IMG/VR virus record: IMGVR_UViG_3300021335_000006
Location: 62,001-126,000 of that record
From: an uncultured virus (IMG/VR IMGVR_UViG_3300021335_000006)
Taxonomy: Duplodnaviria > Heunggongvirae > Uroviricota > Caudoviricetes
Strand: one strand, 5' to 3'
Length of the DNA stretch: 64,000 nt
Part shown: in pieces, positions 37,314-46,547 of the stretch
Layout: every line of letters begins with the position of its first letter
How positions within the stretch are numbered: position 1 is the stretch's first letter
Program-made: the position numbers and the translations under genes
Notes under the pieces: generated by a model
What the model was told of the DNA's origin: nothing
The model's input: only the letters and a program-made list of their open reading frames with translations
Databases searched by the model: none

Positions 37314-39824
37314 TTGTCGTTTTACACAAACGTGACCCGTTACGGAAACAAGATCTTATATCGTGGATACTCTAGTAAAGGCACTAGAGAAACTAAGAAA
37401 GTAAAATTTCAACCTACACTTTACATTCAGAGCAAAAAGCAAGAATCTGGATGGAAGAGTCTGTATGGTCACACTGTCGATCCCGTTCAATTTCCTTCGA
37501 TGTCTGAAGCAGGTGAGTTTATCAAGCAATATGAAGATGTTGACAACTTCAAGATCTTCGGTAATACAAACTTTGTAGCTCAGTTTGTTGCTGAAGAGTT
37601 CCCTGCTATTATTGACTTCGATCCCAAGTTCATCGATGTCGGCAATATCGATATTGAGGTTGCGTCAGATGAAGGATTCCCCGAACCCGACGAGGCCAAG
37701 TATCCCGTCATCTCAATCGCTTACATGAGTAGTAAGCACAAAGCGTTCTTTGTGTGGGGCCTCGATGACTATGATACAAGTCTTCGAGACTTTGATGACT
37801 CTGGCTATGAGGACTATGAGGTTGTCTATCGGAAGTGTCTGGATGAGAAGAATCTCTTACTAAACTTCTTGCATCACTGGAAGCAATTCACTCCAGATAT
37901 TATCACTGGATGGAACATTCGACTCTTTGACATTCCGTATATTGTGAATCGAATGAATCGAATCCTCGGCGAAGATATCTCTAAGCAAATCTCTCCGTTC
38001 GATGTGATTAAATATCGTCAGATTGCGGTCAAGGGTAAGAGTCTTGATGCATATGAAATTTATGGCGTCCAACAGGTAGACTACTTCGATTTATTTCAAA
38101 AGTTTGGCTATAGCTATGGAACTCTTGCATCGTATTCGCTTGATCACGTTGCATCTGTTGTTCTCGGTGAACGAAAACTATCGTATGAAGAGTACGGCTC
38201 TCTTCACAGTCTATACAAACAAGACTATCAAAAGTTTATCTCGTATAACATTCGAGACATTCTTCTCGTTGACAAAATTGATCGTCAAACTGGATTGATG
38301 CAACTTGCACTCACGATTGCATACAAGGGTGGCGTCAACTATAGTGACACTTTTGGAACAACTGGGATATGGGATAGTATCATCTATCGATTCTTACATC
38401 ATCGTAAGATTACTGTTCCTCCTTCTACTCGAAAAGAGAAGCAATCTTACCCAGGTGGCTATGTGAAAGAGCCTCGTATTGGAATGAGCGAATGGATCAC
38501 TTCGTTTGACTTGAACAGTCTGTATCCTAATTTAATTGTTCAGTACAACATGTCTCCCGAGACACTAGTTGAAGGTATGCTTCCTGACTTTGGAGTAGAT
38601 CATTTTCTGAAAACTACGATTCCTGATGAAATTCGAGAAAAGGATTATGCGGTCGCTGCCAACGGATCAATGTATCGCAAAGATAAGCGTGGAGTTCTTC
38701 CTGAGATCATCGTAGGACTGTATGATGAGCGAAAAGCAATCAAAGGTCAAATGATTAGTAAGAAGAAAGAATATGAGCGTAAGAAAACCAAGCAACTTGA
38801 TATGGAGATCACGCAACTCGACAATCAACAAATGGCAGTAAAGATTCTTCTCAACTCACTCTATGGAGCGCTTGGGAATCAGTATTTTCGATACTTTGAT
38901 ATGCGTATGGCTGAAGGGATTACGCTCTCTGGTCAGTTGGCTATTCGATGGGCGGAGACTGCAATCAATCACTATCTCAATCGAATACTCAAGTCCTATG
39001 ATGAAGACTATGTAATTGCAATTGATACCGATTCGTTGTATGTTGATCTTGCTCCACTAGTGAAGCAGGTGAATCCTAAAGATCCCGTTAACTTTATTGA
39101 CGAGGCTTGTAAGAGTAAATTTGTTCCTCAACTACAAAGGTCTTACAAGGATATGTTTAGTCACATGAATGCGTATGAACCTCGTATGGTTATGGAGCGT
39201 GAAGCAATTGCTGATCGTGGAGTCTGGACTGCTAAGAAAAGATATATACTTAACGTGCATAACAATGAGGGAGTTGCTTACGCTGAGCCTAAACTCAAGA
39301 TCATGGGAATTGAGGCTGTTAAGTCCAGCACGCCTCAAGTGGTGCGGGATAAGTTTGTAAAAGCATATGGAATCATTCTAAACTCTACAGAAAGCGAACT
39401 TCAAGACTTCGTGGCAAACTTCTATGATGAGTTTAAAAGTCTCCCTGCCGAGGATGTTTCTTTTCCTAGAGGCGTGAGTGATATTGAGAAGTGGCAGGAC
39501 AAACACACTGTCTACAAGAAGGGTTGTCCGATTCATGTAAGAGGTGCGCTTGTATTCAATAGATTGTCATCAAAAAATAAGCTTAATGTTGAAGATATTA
39601 AGAACGGAAGTAAAGTCAAATTTTGCTATCTGAAACTTCCAAATCCTTCAATGGAGAATGTGATATCTTTTCCACAGTTCTTACCCAGAGAGTTTGAGCT
39701 AGAACAGTATATCGATTATCAAACTCAGTTTGACAAGACGTTTAAAGAGCCATTGAAACTTGTATCTGATGCAATCAATTGGGATCTTGAAAAACGAAAT
39801 ACACTGGAGTCTTTCTTCTCATGA
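37314..39824 (+). CDS. gp43: Family B DNA polymerase
   Basis: DIEV exonuclease motif, SFDLNSLYP, KILLNSLYGALGN, IDTDS and KKRY. Confidence 0.98.
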   Translation: MSFYTNVTRYGNKILYRGYSSKGTRETKKVKFQPTLYIQSKKQESGWKSLYGHTVDPVQFPSMSEAGEFIKQYEDVDNFKIFGNTNFVAQFVAEEFPAIIDFDPKFIDVGNIDIEVASDEGFPEPDEAKYPVISIAYMSSKHKAFFVWGLDDYDTSLRDFDDSGYEDYEVVYRKCLDEKNLLLNFLHHWKQFTPDIITGWNIRLFDIPYIVNRMNRILGEDISKQISPFDVIKYRQIAVKGKSLDAYEIYGVQQVDYFDLFQKFGYSYGTLASYSLDHVASVVLGERKLSYEEYGSLHSLYKQDYQKFISYNIRDILLVDKIDRQTGLMQLALTIAYKGGVNYSDTFGTTGIWDSIIYRFLHHRKITVPPSTRKEKQSYPGGYVKEPRIGMSEWITSFDLNSLYPNLIVQYNMSPETLVEGMLPDFGVDHFLKTTIPDEIREKDYAVAANGSMYRKDKRGVLPEIIVGLYDERKAIKGQMISKKKEYERKKTKQLDMEITQLDNQQMAVKILLNSLYGALGNQYFRYFDMRMAEGITLSGQLAIRWAETAINHYLNRILKSYDEDYVIAIDTDSLYVDLAPLVKQVNPKDPVNFIDEACKSKFVPQLQRSYKDMFSHMNAYEPRMVMEREAIADRGVWTAKKRYILNVHNNEGVAYAEPKLKIMGIEAVKSSTPQVVRDKFVKAYGIILNSTESELQDFVANFYDEFKSLPAEDVSFPRGVSDIEKWQDKHTVYKKGCPIHVRGALVFNRLSSKNKLNVEDIKNGSKVKFCYLKLPNPSMENVISFPQFLPREFELEQYIDYQTQFDKTFKEPLKLVSDAINWDLEKRNTLESFFS

Positions 39825-39908
39825 ATGTGTAAAGCAACATCGATTCAAAATGAATTGGAAAACAAGAGAAACCCCTAGCTGGTTTCAAGTCGCATAAGGA
39901 GAACTAAA

Positions 39909-40172
39909 ATGTCGGATGAATTTTTTGATTTTGGATTCACCGCTGTAACGGAAGATGAGTTGGATGCGGTACGCCAGCTACAAGCACAGACGGAAACGAT
40001 CCAACAAGAATTGGTATCAGTTGACAACAAGGCAAAAGCCTTGTATGATGCTATCATGCCATTACTAGAAAACCTAAAGGCAGATCCCAATAAGGATTAT
40101 ATCTACTGGCCGAATCGATATGAAAAGATTGACGCATTCCAAGATAAGCTTGCGTCTATTATGACATCATAA
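39909..40172 (+). CDS. Conserved hypothetical protein
   Basis: FDFGFTAV...PLLENLK..YIYWPNR; AAGGAG SD. Confidence 0.8.
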   Translation: MSDEFFDFGFTAVTEDELDAVRQLQAQTETIQQELVSVDNKAKALYDAIMPLLENLKADPNKDYIYWPNRYEKIDAFQDKLASIMTS

Positions 40173-40281
40173 ATGTTGCATATATTGAACATATGACACT
40201 ATAATGGTCATTATATGACACATTATCACTGTGGGATAATTCCCCACGTTAAAACAATCAATAACTACTAAGGAAAAAAAT

Positions 40282-41349
40282 ATGTCATCACTACTAGAAA
40301 AGCTTCAGAAATCTGGAGCCATAAAACACACTTCGATATTAAATAAGTCTACATTTTTTAATGTGAAGGATAGTATACCAACTGAAATTCCAATCATTAA
40401 TGTTGCTTTGAGTGGACGGTTAGACGGCGGCTTAACGCCTGGACTAACGTTTCTTGCTGGGGAATCAAAGAGCTTTAAATCTTTGCTCGGACTAATGCTT
40501 GTTAAGGCATACATGAAGAAACATGAAGATGCTGTGTGTTTGTTTTACGATTCAGAGTTTGGTATTACACCAGACTATATCGAGTCAAACGGGATTGACA
40601 CTAGTAGAGTGCTTCATATTCCAATTGAACATCTTGAGCAACTGAAGTTTGACATTTCAAAGAGACTAGAAGAAATAGAGCGTGGCGACAAAGTAATTAT
40701 CTTTGTTGACTCTGTAGGCAATCTTGCTTCTAAGAAAGAAGTGGAAGATGCTTTGGACGGAAAGTCTGTTGCTGATATGTCTCGTGCAAAAGTGATGAAA
40801 TCACTCTGGCGAATTGTAACGCCACACTTGACTACAAAAGACATTCCTTGTGTTGCTGTCAATCACACTTATCAGACAATGGAGCTTTATTCTAAAGCAA
40901 TCATGTCCGGTGGTACTGGAGGCATGTATAGTGCAAATCAAGTATTTGTAATTACAAAAGCCCAAGACAAAGACGGGAAAGAGTTGATGGGTTATAACTT
41001 CACTATCAACATTGAGAAGTCACGCTTTGTTCGTGAGAAATCCAAGTTCCCATTCAATGCTCGATTTGATGCTGGAATCAACAAGTGGTCTGGATTACTC
41101 GATCTTGCAACAGAAGGTGGCTTTGTCGTTAAACCTAGCATGGGTTGGTACTCAAAAGTCGATCCAGAAACAGGTGAAGTCGAAGATAAGAAGTATCGAG
41201 CAAAAGATACTGATACAAAAGATTTTTGGCTTCCCATCTTGACAAGCAAGCGCTTTCAAGAGTATATTAGTGACAGATATCAAATCGCCACACGTTCACT
41301 TGTGGTAGACGAACCAGAAGATTATGAAGAGGCTAATCTAGATGATTGA
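40282..41349 (+). CDS. uvsX: RecA-like recombinase UvsX
   Basis: AGESKSFKS, FYDSEFG, DSVGNLASKKE and VNHTY motifs. Confidence 0.96.
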   Translation: MSSLLEKLQKSGAIKHTSILNKSTFFNVKDSIPTEIPIINVALSGRLDGGLTPGLTFLAGESKSFKSLLGLMLVKAYMKKHEDAVCLFYDSEFGITPDYIESNGIDTSRVLHIPIEHLEQLKFDISKRLEEIERGDKVIIFVDSVGNLASKKEVEDALDGKSVADMSRAKVMKSLWRIVTPHLTTKDIPCVAVNHTYQTMELYSKAIMSGGTGGMYSANQVFVITKAQDKDGKELMGYNFTINIEKSRFVREKSKFPFNARFDAGINKWSGLLDLATEGGFVVKPSMGWYSKVDPETGEVEDKKYRAKDTDTKDFWLPILTSKRFQEYISDRYQIATRSLVVDEPEDYEEANLDD

Positions 41350-42724
41350 AAACACAATTCTTGCGTCACTACTTCACAATGAAGAATACATGCGAAGAGT
41401 TGCACCTTTTCTAAGTGAATCTTACTTTTTTGATCTTACTGAGAAGACTGTTTACAGCGCTATTATGTCTTACATCGAAGACTACAATGGCATACCAACA
41501 AAAGAAGCATTGCGAATCAATCTTGAAGAGAAAACAACTCTGACGGAAGATTCCTTTTCTTCTGCTGTTGATATGATCAATGAGTTGAGTTATGATGATC
41601 AGACAGATCTCGACTGGCTAGTAGATAAAACTGAAAAGTTCTGTCAAGACAAGGCCATCTATAATGCAGTCCGTGAATCCATCCTTGTACTAGACAATCA
41701 ACACAAGACTCTAGACAAGGGTGCGATTCCACAATTGCTGAGTGACGCCCTTGGCGTCTCGTTTGATCAGAATGTTGGACACGACTTTCTGGAGCTTTAC
41801 GAAGATCGATATCGCTTTTATCACACGAAAGAAGACAAGATCCCATTCGACATAGATCTGATGAACAAGATCACGAAGGGTGGACTTTCTCGTAAATCTC
41901 TCAGCGTGATTCTTGCTGGAACAGGTGTGGGTAAAACTTTGTTTATGACTCACTGTGCATCTGCTAATCTTCTCTCTGGATTAAATGTTCTGTATATCAC
42001 GATGGAGATGGCTGAAGAACGCATCGCTGAGCGGATCGATGCGAATCTACTTGACGTTACGATGGACACTCTGAGAGAAATGCCTAAAGATGTCTATCTT
42101 AAGAAGGTGCAACGAGTCAAAGAAAAGACTACAGGTAAGTTGATTGTCAAAGAGTATCCAACAGCAAGCGCTGGATCTGGACACTTTCGACATTTGTTAA
42201 ACGAGTTGAAACTGAAAAAGAACTTCACTCCAGATGTTATTTACATTGACTATCTGAATATATGTACAAGTTCTCGTGTGAAGAATGCAAGCGCAAACTC
42301 ATATACAATTGTTAAGGCAATTGCTGAAGAATTGAGAGGGCTTGCTGTCGAGTTTAATGTTCCAATTATGTCTGCGACACAGACTACAAGGAGCGGATAC
42401 TCTAACTCTGATATTGGGCTTGAAGATACCTCTGAGTCTTTTGGACTTCCAGCGACTGCTGACTTCATGTTTGGCGTAGTATCGACAGAGCAACTAGAAG
42501 AGTCTAATCTGGTGATGATCAAGCAATTGAAAAATCGCTGGGGAGATCCAAACTACAAGAAGAGATTCGTTGTCGGCATTGATCGATCTAAGATGAAACT
42601 TTTTGATGCTGATGAGGATGCTCAAAGTGCTGTGATGGATGACTCTGCTCAAGCACCTAAGTCTAACAATGTAGCGACACTCAAAGCGAAAAACTCGAAG
42701 CCAGACTTTTCGAATTTCACATAA
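41342..42724 (+). CDS. gp41: Replicative DNA helicase
   Basis: AGTGVGKT, YITMEMAEE, IDYLNIC and SESFGLPATAD motifs. Confidence 0.97.
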   Translation: MIENTILASLLHNEEYMRRVAPFLSESYFFDLTEKTVYSAIMSYIEDYNGIPTKEALRINLEEKTTLTEDSFSSAVDMINELSYDDQTDLDWLVDKTEKFCQDKAIYNAVRESILVLDNQHKTLDKGAIPQLLSDALGVSFDQNVGHDFLELYEDRYRFYHTKEDKIPFDIDLMNKITKGGLSRKSLSVILAGTGVGKTLFMTHCASANLLSGLNVLYITMEMAEERIAERIDANLLDVTMDTLREMPKDVYLKKVQRVKEKTTGKLIVKEYPTASAGSGHFRHLLNELKLKKNFTPDVIYIDYLNICTSSRVKNASANSYTIVKAIAEELRGLAVEFNVPIMSATQTTRSGYSNSDIGLEDTSESFGLPATADFMFGVVSTEQLEESNLVMIKQLKNRWGDPNYKKRFVVGIDRSKMKLFDADEDAQSAVMDDSAQAPKSNNVATLKAKNSKPDFSNFT

Positions 42725-42746
42725 AAAAAGGGGGCGCAATGCCCCC
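42722..42746 (-). terminator. Intrinsic terminator with U-tract on the minus strand, possibly bidirectional
   Basis: GGGGGC-GCAAT-GCCCCC preceded by an A-run on +, which is a U-tract on -. Confidence 0.75.
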
Positions 42747-42884
42747 TCTTATAAATCAGACTACGTGGCAGGCCAGAACCCCACTGGCATTTAAAATGCT
42801 ACACCTGCTATTCCTATGTGATTGGGTAATAATTACTCTACACACTTGCCTCTTACGAATACCGTATGAACACGCACCCTGACA
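42722..42884 (-). ncRNA. Putative structured late non-coding RNA (~160 nt)
   Basis: Lies between a minus-strand TATAAATA and a minus-strand terminator; multibranch pairing; no ORF in the track. Confidence 0.6.
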
Positions 42885-42885
42885 C

Positions 42886-42893
42886 TATTTATA
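42886..42893 (-). promoter_or_regulatory. T4-type late promoter, minus strand
   Basis: TATTTATA on + equals TATAAATA on -. Confidence 0.7.
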
Positions 42894-42928
42894 CAAATTG
42901 ATTTTTCAATGGCTTATATTCTGGATTT

Positions 42929-42936
42929 TATAAATA
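42929..42936 (+). promoter_or_regulatory. T4-type late promoter
   Basis: Exact TATAAATA, divergent from the 42886 site. Confidence 0.75.
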
Positions 42937-42961
42937 TTATAATACTATTTAAGGGATAGTC

Positions 42962-43678
42962 ATGAGCGCTGCGTCTGATAGATTCGAAAAAATGATAGCA
43001 GAATCTGCAAACTCTATTTCTGGCATAAGAGCTAGTCGGCCTACTGTGGGCACTCAGTACTCAGACGTATTGCTACAAAAGGGGGTCACAAAGACTTGGC
43101 TTGAAGTCAAGATGAATCACACCGACAATCTATCTAATCCTAGAGTATTCTATAAAAATGGAAAGTGGGATACTACTTACACTACCCCCGCTGCGAAAGA
43201 AGCAGTTGATATTCTTAACGATGATCCTAAGACAAAGAAGTTTCTTAAAGATTTGTCTAAGTTTACTGGTATACCCTTAAAACAAATAAAGATACCTACT
43301 ACAAAAGGCGGACTAAAAGAAGAAGGCGCTGTTCCTCTTCATATAATGAAAGCATACTTTGCACAGCCTGGAATCAATCGCTATATAGCAGAGATGAAAA
43401 ACTATGATATGGCGTCTTTAATTACAAAGCATTACACTGTAGGTAAAGCTGAGCCTGCATATTATATGCAAGCCGCAGATGATTTTTATCGGATATCGAG
43501 TAAAAATCCATTTAAAGTGCCTAGTGCTGTTCCCTTGCTAAAAGGTAGCGGTGACTTTAAAGTAAGAATTGCAACTCGTTCGCAGTTTTACGAAGTTCAA
43601 GCGGAATTAAAAATTACGTCAATGCCTAGCAGTAAATACTCGTTAGCGCCTGACTCAAAGAAAAAGAATCCTTTTTAA
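42962..43678 (+). CDS. Hypothetical protein, PD-(D/E)xK nuclease-like
   Basis: FE...YSDVLL...WLEVK pattern. Confidence 0.55.
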   Translation: MSAASDRFEKMIAESANSISGIRASRPTVGTQYSDVLLQKGVTKTWLEVKMNHTDNLSNPRVFYKNGKWDTTYTTPAAKEAVDILNDDPKTKKFLKDLSKFTGIPLKQIKIPTTKGGLKEEGAVPLHIMKAYFAQPGINRYIAEMKNYDMASLITKHYTVGKAEPAYYMQAADDFYRISSKNPFKVPSAVPLLKGSGDFKVRIATRSQFYEVQAELKITSMPSSKYSLAPDSKKKNPF

Positions 43679-43693
43679 GACTAAGTTAAAACA

Positions 43694-43960
43694 ATGAAAT
43701 CATTCAGTCAATACATTACAGAGTATAACGATGAAACTCTTATAAAGAAAATAAAGCACCCTAGTGGGACTTCTTTGATGATCTCTCGTTACAAGAACGG
43801 TCCTGATGAAGGCAAGTATGTTGTTCGAATATCTAGGAGTAATTATGAGCGTGGAAAGCAGAATCGCACGATGCGAGCTATACACGATAAACCGCTTGAT
43901 GCAGAAGCAGCCGTAGCACTTTTTAACAAAAGAAAGAAATCGATCTGGAAGAAAAAATGA
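43694..43960 (+). CDS. Putative internal head protein
   Basis: N-terminus MKSFSQYITE resembles the T4 capsid-targeting sequence; basic body. Confidence 0.6.
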   Translation: MKSFSQYITEYNDETLIKKIKHPSGTSLMISRYKNGPDEGKYVVRISRSNYERGKQNRTMRAIHDKPLDAEAAVALFNKRKKSIWKKK

Positions 43961-44478
43961 AATCGTTTAGTCAATTTATATCAGAAAGAAAAGACTCTTT
44001 TTTCATTGTAAGCTTTGATGGTGTTCTCGACAATAAGCTAGTTTCAGCTAAAGATGCCAAAGATGCAGTAAGCAAATCTAAAATGAAAGAACTAGGAATC
44101 GAACTCAAATATAAGCCTAATGGTATTGTCCACGGAGATGTTAAAAACTATAAAGATACCAGTGGGAAAATTTTAAAGACTTTAGATTTCGAAGATCTTC
44201 TTTTTAAGTTTAGAAACAATCATCCCAAAGCTGGGAATATGAGAGTCGGACATGAAATGAAACCAGGTGAAATTAAAAAGATATGGAAGCAGATTTCTAC
44301 AAAAACAAAACATAGAATAAAGATTGCAAGATTTATTGAAGAAAAGAATTTTGACGAAATGTTTGATTTGTTTTTAATAATGGAGGCAGATAACACATTC
44401 GAAAAATTGGGAGTTAATCCTATTCAAGCAACAATAATCTTCAATTGGGTCAACAAAAATCTATTGAGTAAAAGATAA
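43957..44478 (+). CDS. Putative internal head protein
   Basis: N-terminus MKSFSQFISE; Lys-rich and AT-rich. Confidence 0.6.
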   Translation: MKSFSQFISERKDSFFIVSFDGVLDNKLVSAKDAKDAVSKSKMKELGIELKYKPNGIVHGDVKNYKDTSGKILKTLDFEDLLFKFRNNHPKAGNMRVGHEMKPGEIKKIWKQISTKTKHRIKIARFIEEKNFDEMFDLFLIMEADNTFEKLGVNPIQATIIFNWVNKNLLSKR

Positions 44479-45705
44479 ATGAAATCGTTTAAAACGTTTT
44501 TGAATGAGTCAAAGAACACACACATGACTCACCTTGAAGACTCTATCATTGATAACGGGGTCGATGGTGCTCGTGACACAATTAACTATCTTCGCTCGTT
44601 GCGTGATATGCTCGCAGGCAAGTCAAAGAGTTCTGTCAACGTTACAGTGAAGTGGGACGGAGCGCCTGCAGTGTTCGCTGGTATCGATCCGAGCGATGGC
44701 AAGTTCTTCGTGGCGAAGAAAGGTATCTTCAATAAGAATCCTAAGATATACAAGACAAATGCAGATATTGATGCTGATACAACAGGTGATTTGAATGAGA
44801 AGATGAAAGTTGCATTGAAACATCTTCCAAGTTTAGGTATTAAAGGAGTTGTTCAAGGTGATTTTTTATTTTCGAAAAGTGATTTACAGACGATGGATAT
44901 TGATGGTGAATCGCATATTACTTTCCATCCTAATACGATTGTTTACGCTGTACCGTCAAAAAGCGACCTCGGTAGAAAAATTAGCAGGGCAGACTTCGGT
45001 GTGGTATGGCATACAACATACAGAGGAGAGTCTTTTGAGTCAATGTCAGCAAGTTTTGGAAAGGAGATTGCAAGTGATCTTAAAACTTCAGCAAAGGTCT
45101 TCTCAGTAGACGCAATGTACAAAGATGTCTCTGGCTCAGCTAATTTTAACAAGAAAGAAACAGCAGAGATTACTGCGATTCTATCACAAGCAGGCAAGAC
45201 GTTCAACAAAGTCAAGCGTAGTACGTTTGATATGATCAGTAAGAATGCTGATATTAATATGAGAATGAACACCTTCATTAACGCTAAGATTCGTAACGAT
45301 CAGTTGCCTAATCCAAAGAAAGTTGCTACCGAGTTTGTATCGTATATCGAAGGCATCTATCAGAAAGAAGAAGACAAGCGCAAGAGCGAGAAAGGCAAAG
45401 CGACACAAAGAGCCAAGCGAGACGAAATCTTAAACTTCTTTAAGAGTAGCCCAGTCAAAGAAATCGAAGATCTGTTTACACTATATAATCTCGTAGCAAA
45501 AGCAAAACTCATGATCATTCGCAAGCTAGAGAAGGCGCAAGGGTTGGGAACATTCTTGAAGACTAAAGACGGGCTTGAAGCAACAGGTCAAGAAGGCTTT
45601 GTTGCGATTGATCACACAGGTAAAAATGTAGTCAAGCTAGTAGACAGATTACAGTTTAGTAAAGCAAACTTTTCTCCCGAATATATCAAGGGATGGGACA
45701 AGTAA
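44479..45705 (+). CDS. DUF6267-like protein with ligase-type nucleotidyltransferase motifs
   Basis: HMTHLED, TVKWDGAP (KxDG), QGDF, EGFV and KLVDR; N-terminus MKSFKTFLNE. Confidence 0.7.
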   Translation: MKSFKTFLNESKNTHMTHLEDSIIDNGVDGARDTINYLRSLRDMLAGKSKSSVNVTVKWDGAPAVFAGIDPSDGKFFVAKKGIFNKNPKIYKTNADIDADTTGDLNEKMKVALKHLPSLGIKGVVQGDFLFSKSDLQTMDIDGESHITFHPNTIVYAVPSKSDLGRKISRADFGVVWHTTYRGESFESMSASFGKEIASDLKTSAKVFSVDAMYKDVSGSANFNKKETAEITAILSQAGKTFNKVKRSTFDMISKNADINMRMNTFINAKIRNDQLPNPKKVATEFVSYIEGIYQKEEDKRKSEKGKATQRAKRDEILNFFKSSPVKEIEDLFTLYNLVAKAKLMIIRKLEKAQGLGTFLKTKDGLEATGQEGFVAIDHTGKNVVKLVDRLQFSKANFSPEYIKGWDK

Positions 45706-46497
45706 ATGGCTATTTGGAATAAAGACACTCAATCATTTTTAGATAATAATAAGACGCTGTTTGAGGCATTTCAAATGGCAGACAAAGACGGAAATATTAT
45801 TAATTCTTCCGGTGCGGCTTCCAACATTCCAATTGCGGCAGGAGATGTTACTGGCTACTCACATATCAACAAGTTTGGTGCTACAAACGGAGATGTCACT
45901 GCTGGAACAGTTTGGGACGGTAATAGCGGAACAGTTGCTTATCCTTATCCAGCAAATAGCGTACTGACTTTAGCTGGAGCGACTAACACTGCGGATGATG
46001 GAGAGGCTGTAGAAGTTCAAGGTCTTGACGCAGATTATAATCCTGTTATTGAAATTATTAATATCGGCTCGGCGGGATTGACAGTCTTCTCTCGTGTGTT
46101 TCGAGCAAGAATGGTAGCGTCAGAGAATAGTCAAGATATCAACATTTCACAAAGCGGTACAGTTGCAGCCAAGATTCTTGCTGGTCTGGGTCAAACTCTC
46201 ATGGCAGTTTACACTGTGCCAGCAGGAAAGACTGCCTATCTTCTCGATCTGCATTTGGGATCCGATAAAGCATCTACTAACGCTGGGGTGACTTATCGTT
46301 TGTTTGCACGACCATTTGGCGGAGCATTTAACATTAAAGGTAACTTCAATGCCGCAGGTGGTCAGAGTCTCGACATCAATTATCCTGTTCCCCTCAAGTT
46401 TGAAGAAAAGACAGATATCAAGATTGATGTTGTGGCCGGACAGGCAACACAAGTATCAGCAACGTTCGATCTAATACTGGTAGACAATCCAGCTTAA
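45706..46497 (+). CDS. Putative virion structural protein
   Basis: HINKFG, VQGLDADY, GQTLMAVYTVPAGKTAY and EKTDI; beta-rich. Confidence 0.65.
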   Translation: MAIWNKDTQSFLDNNKTLFEAFQMADKDGNIINSSGAASNIPIAAGDVTGYSHINKFGATNGDVTAGTVWDGNSGTVAYPYPANSVLTLAGATNTADDGEAVEVQGLDADYNPVIEIINIGSAGLTVFSRVFRARMVASENSQDINISQSGTVAAKILAGLGQTLMAVYTVPAGKTAYLLDLHLGSDKASTNAGVTYRLFARPFGGAFNIKGNFNAAGGQSLDINYPVPLKFEEKTDIKIDVVAGQATQVSATFDLILVDNPA

Positions 46498-46498
46498 G

Positions 46499-46506
46499 TA
46501 TAAATA
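46499..46506 (+). promoter_or_regulatory. T4-type late promoter
   Basis: Exact TATAAATA. Confidence 0.8.
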
Positions 46507-46547
46507 ACAACAACAGGTAAGTGTACGCAAAACCCTGAGAGGACAAC

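Noticed and set aside
37314..42724. Introns or inteins in gp43, uvsX or gp41 (also nrdA/nrdB)
   Set aside because: The ORFs are continuous, of normal length, and show no intein or homing-endonuclease motifs.
46514..46537. CAGG..ACGCAAAA..CCTG leader as a riboswitch
   Set aside because: Only a short weak stem; too little to assign to any family.
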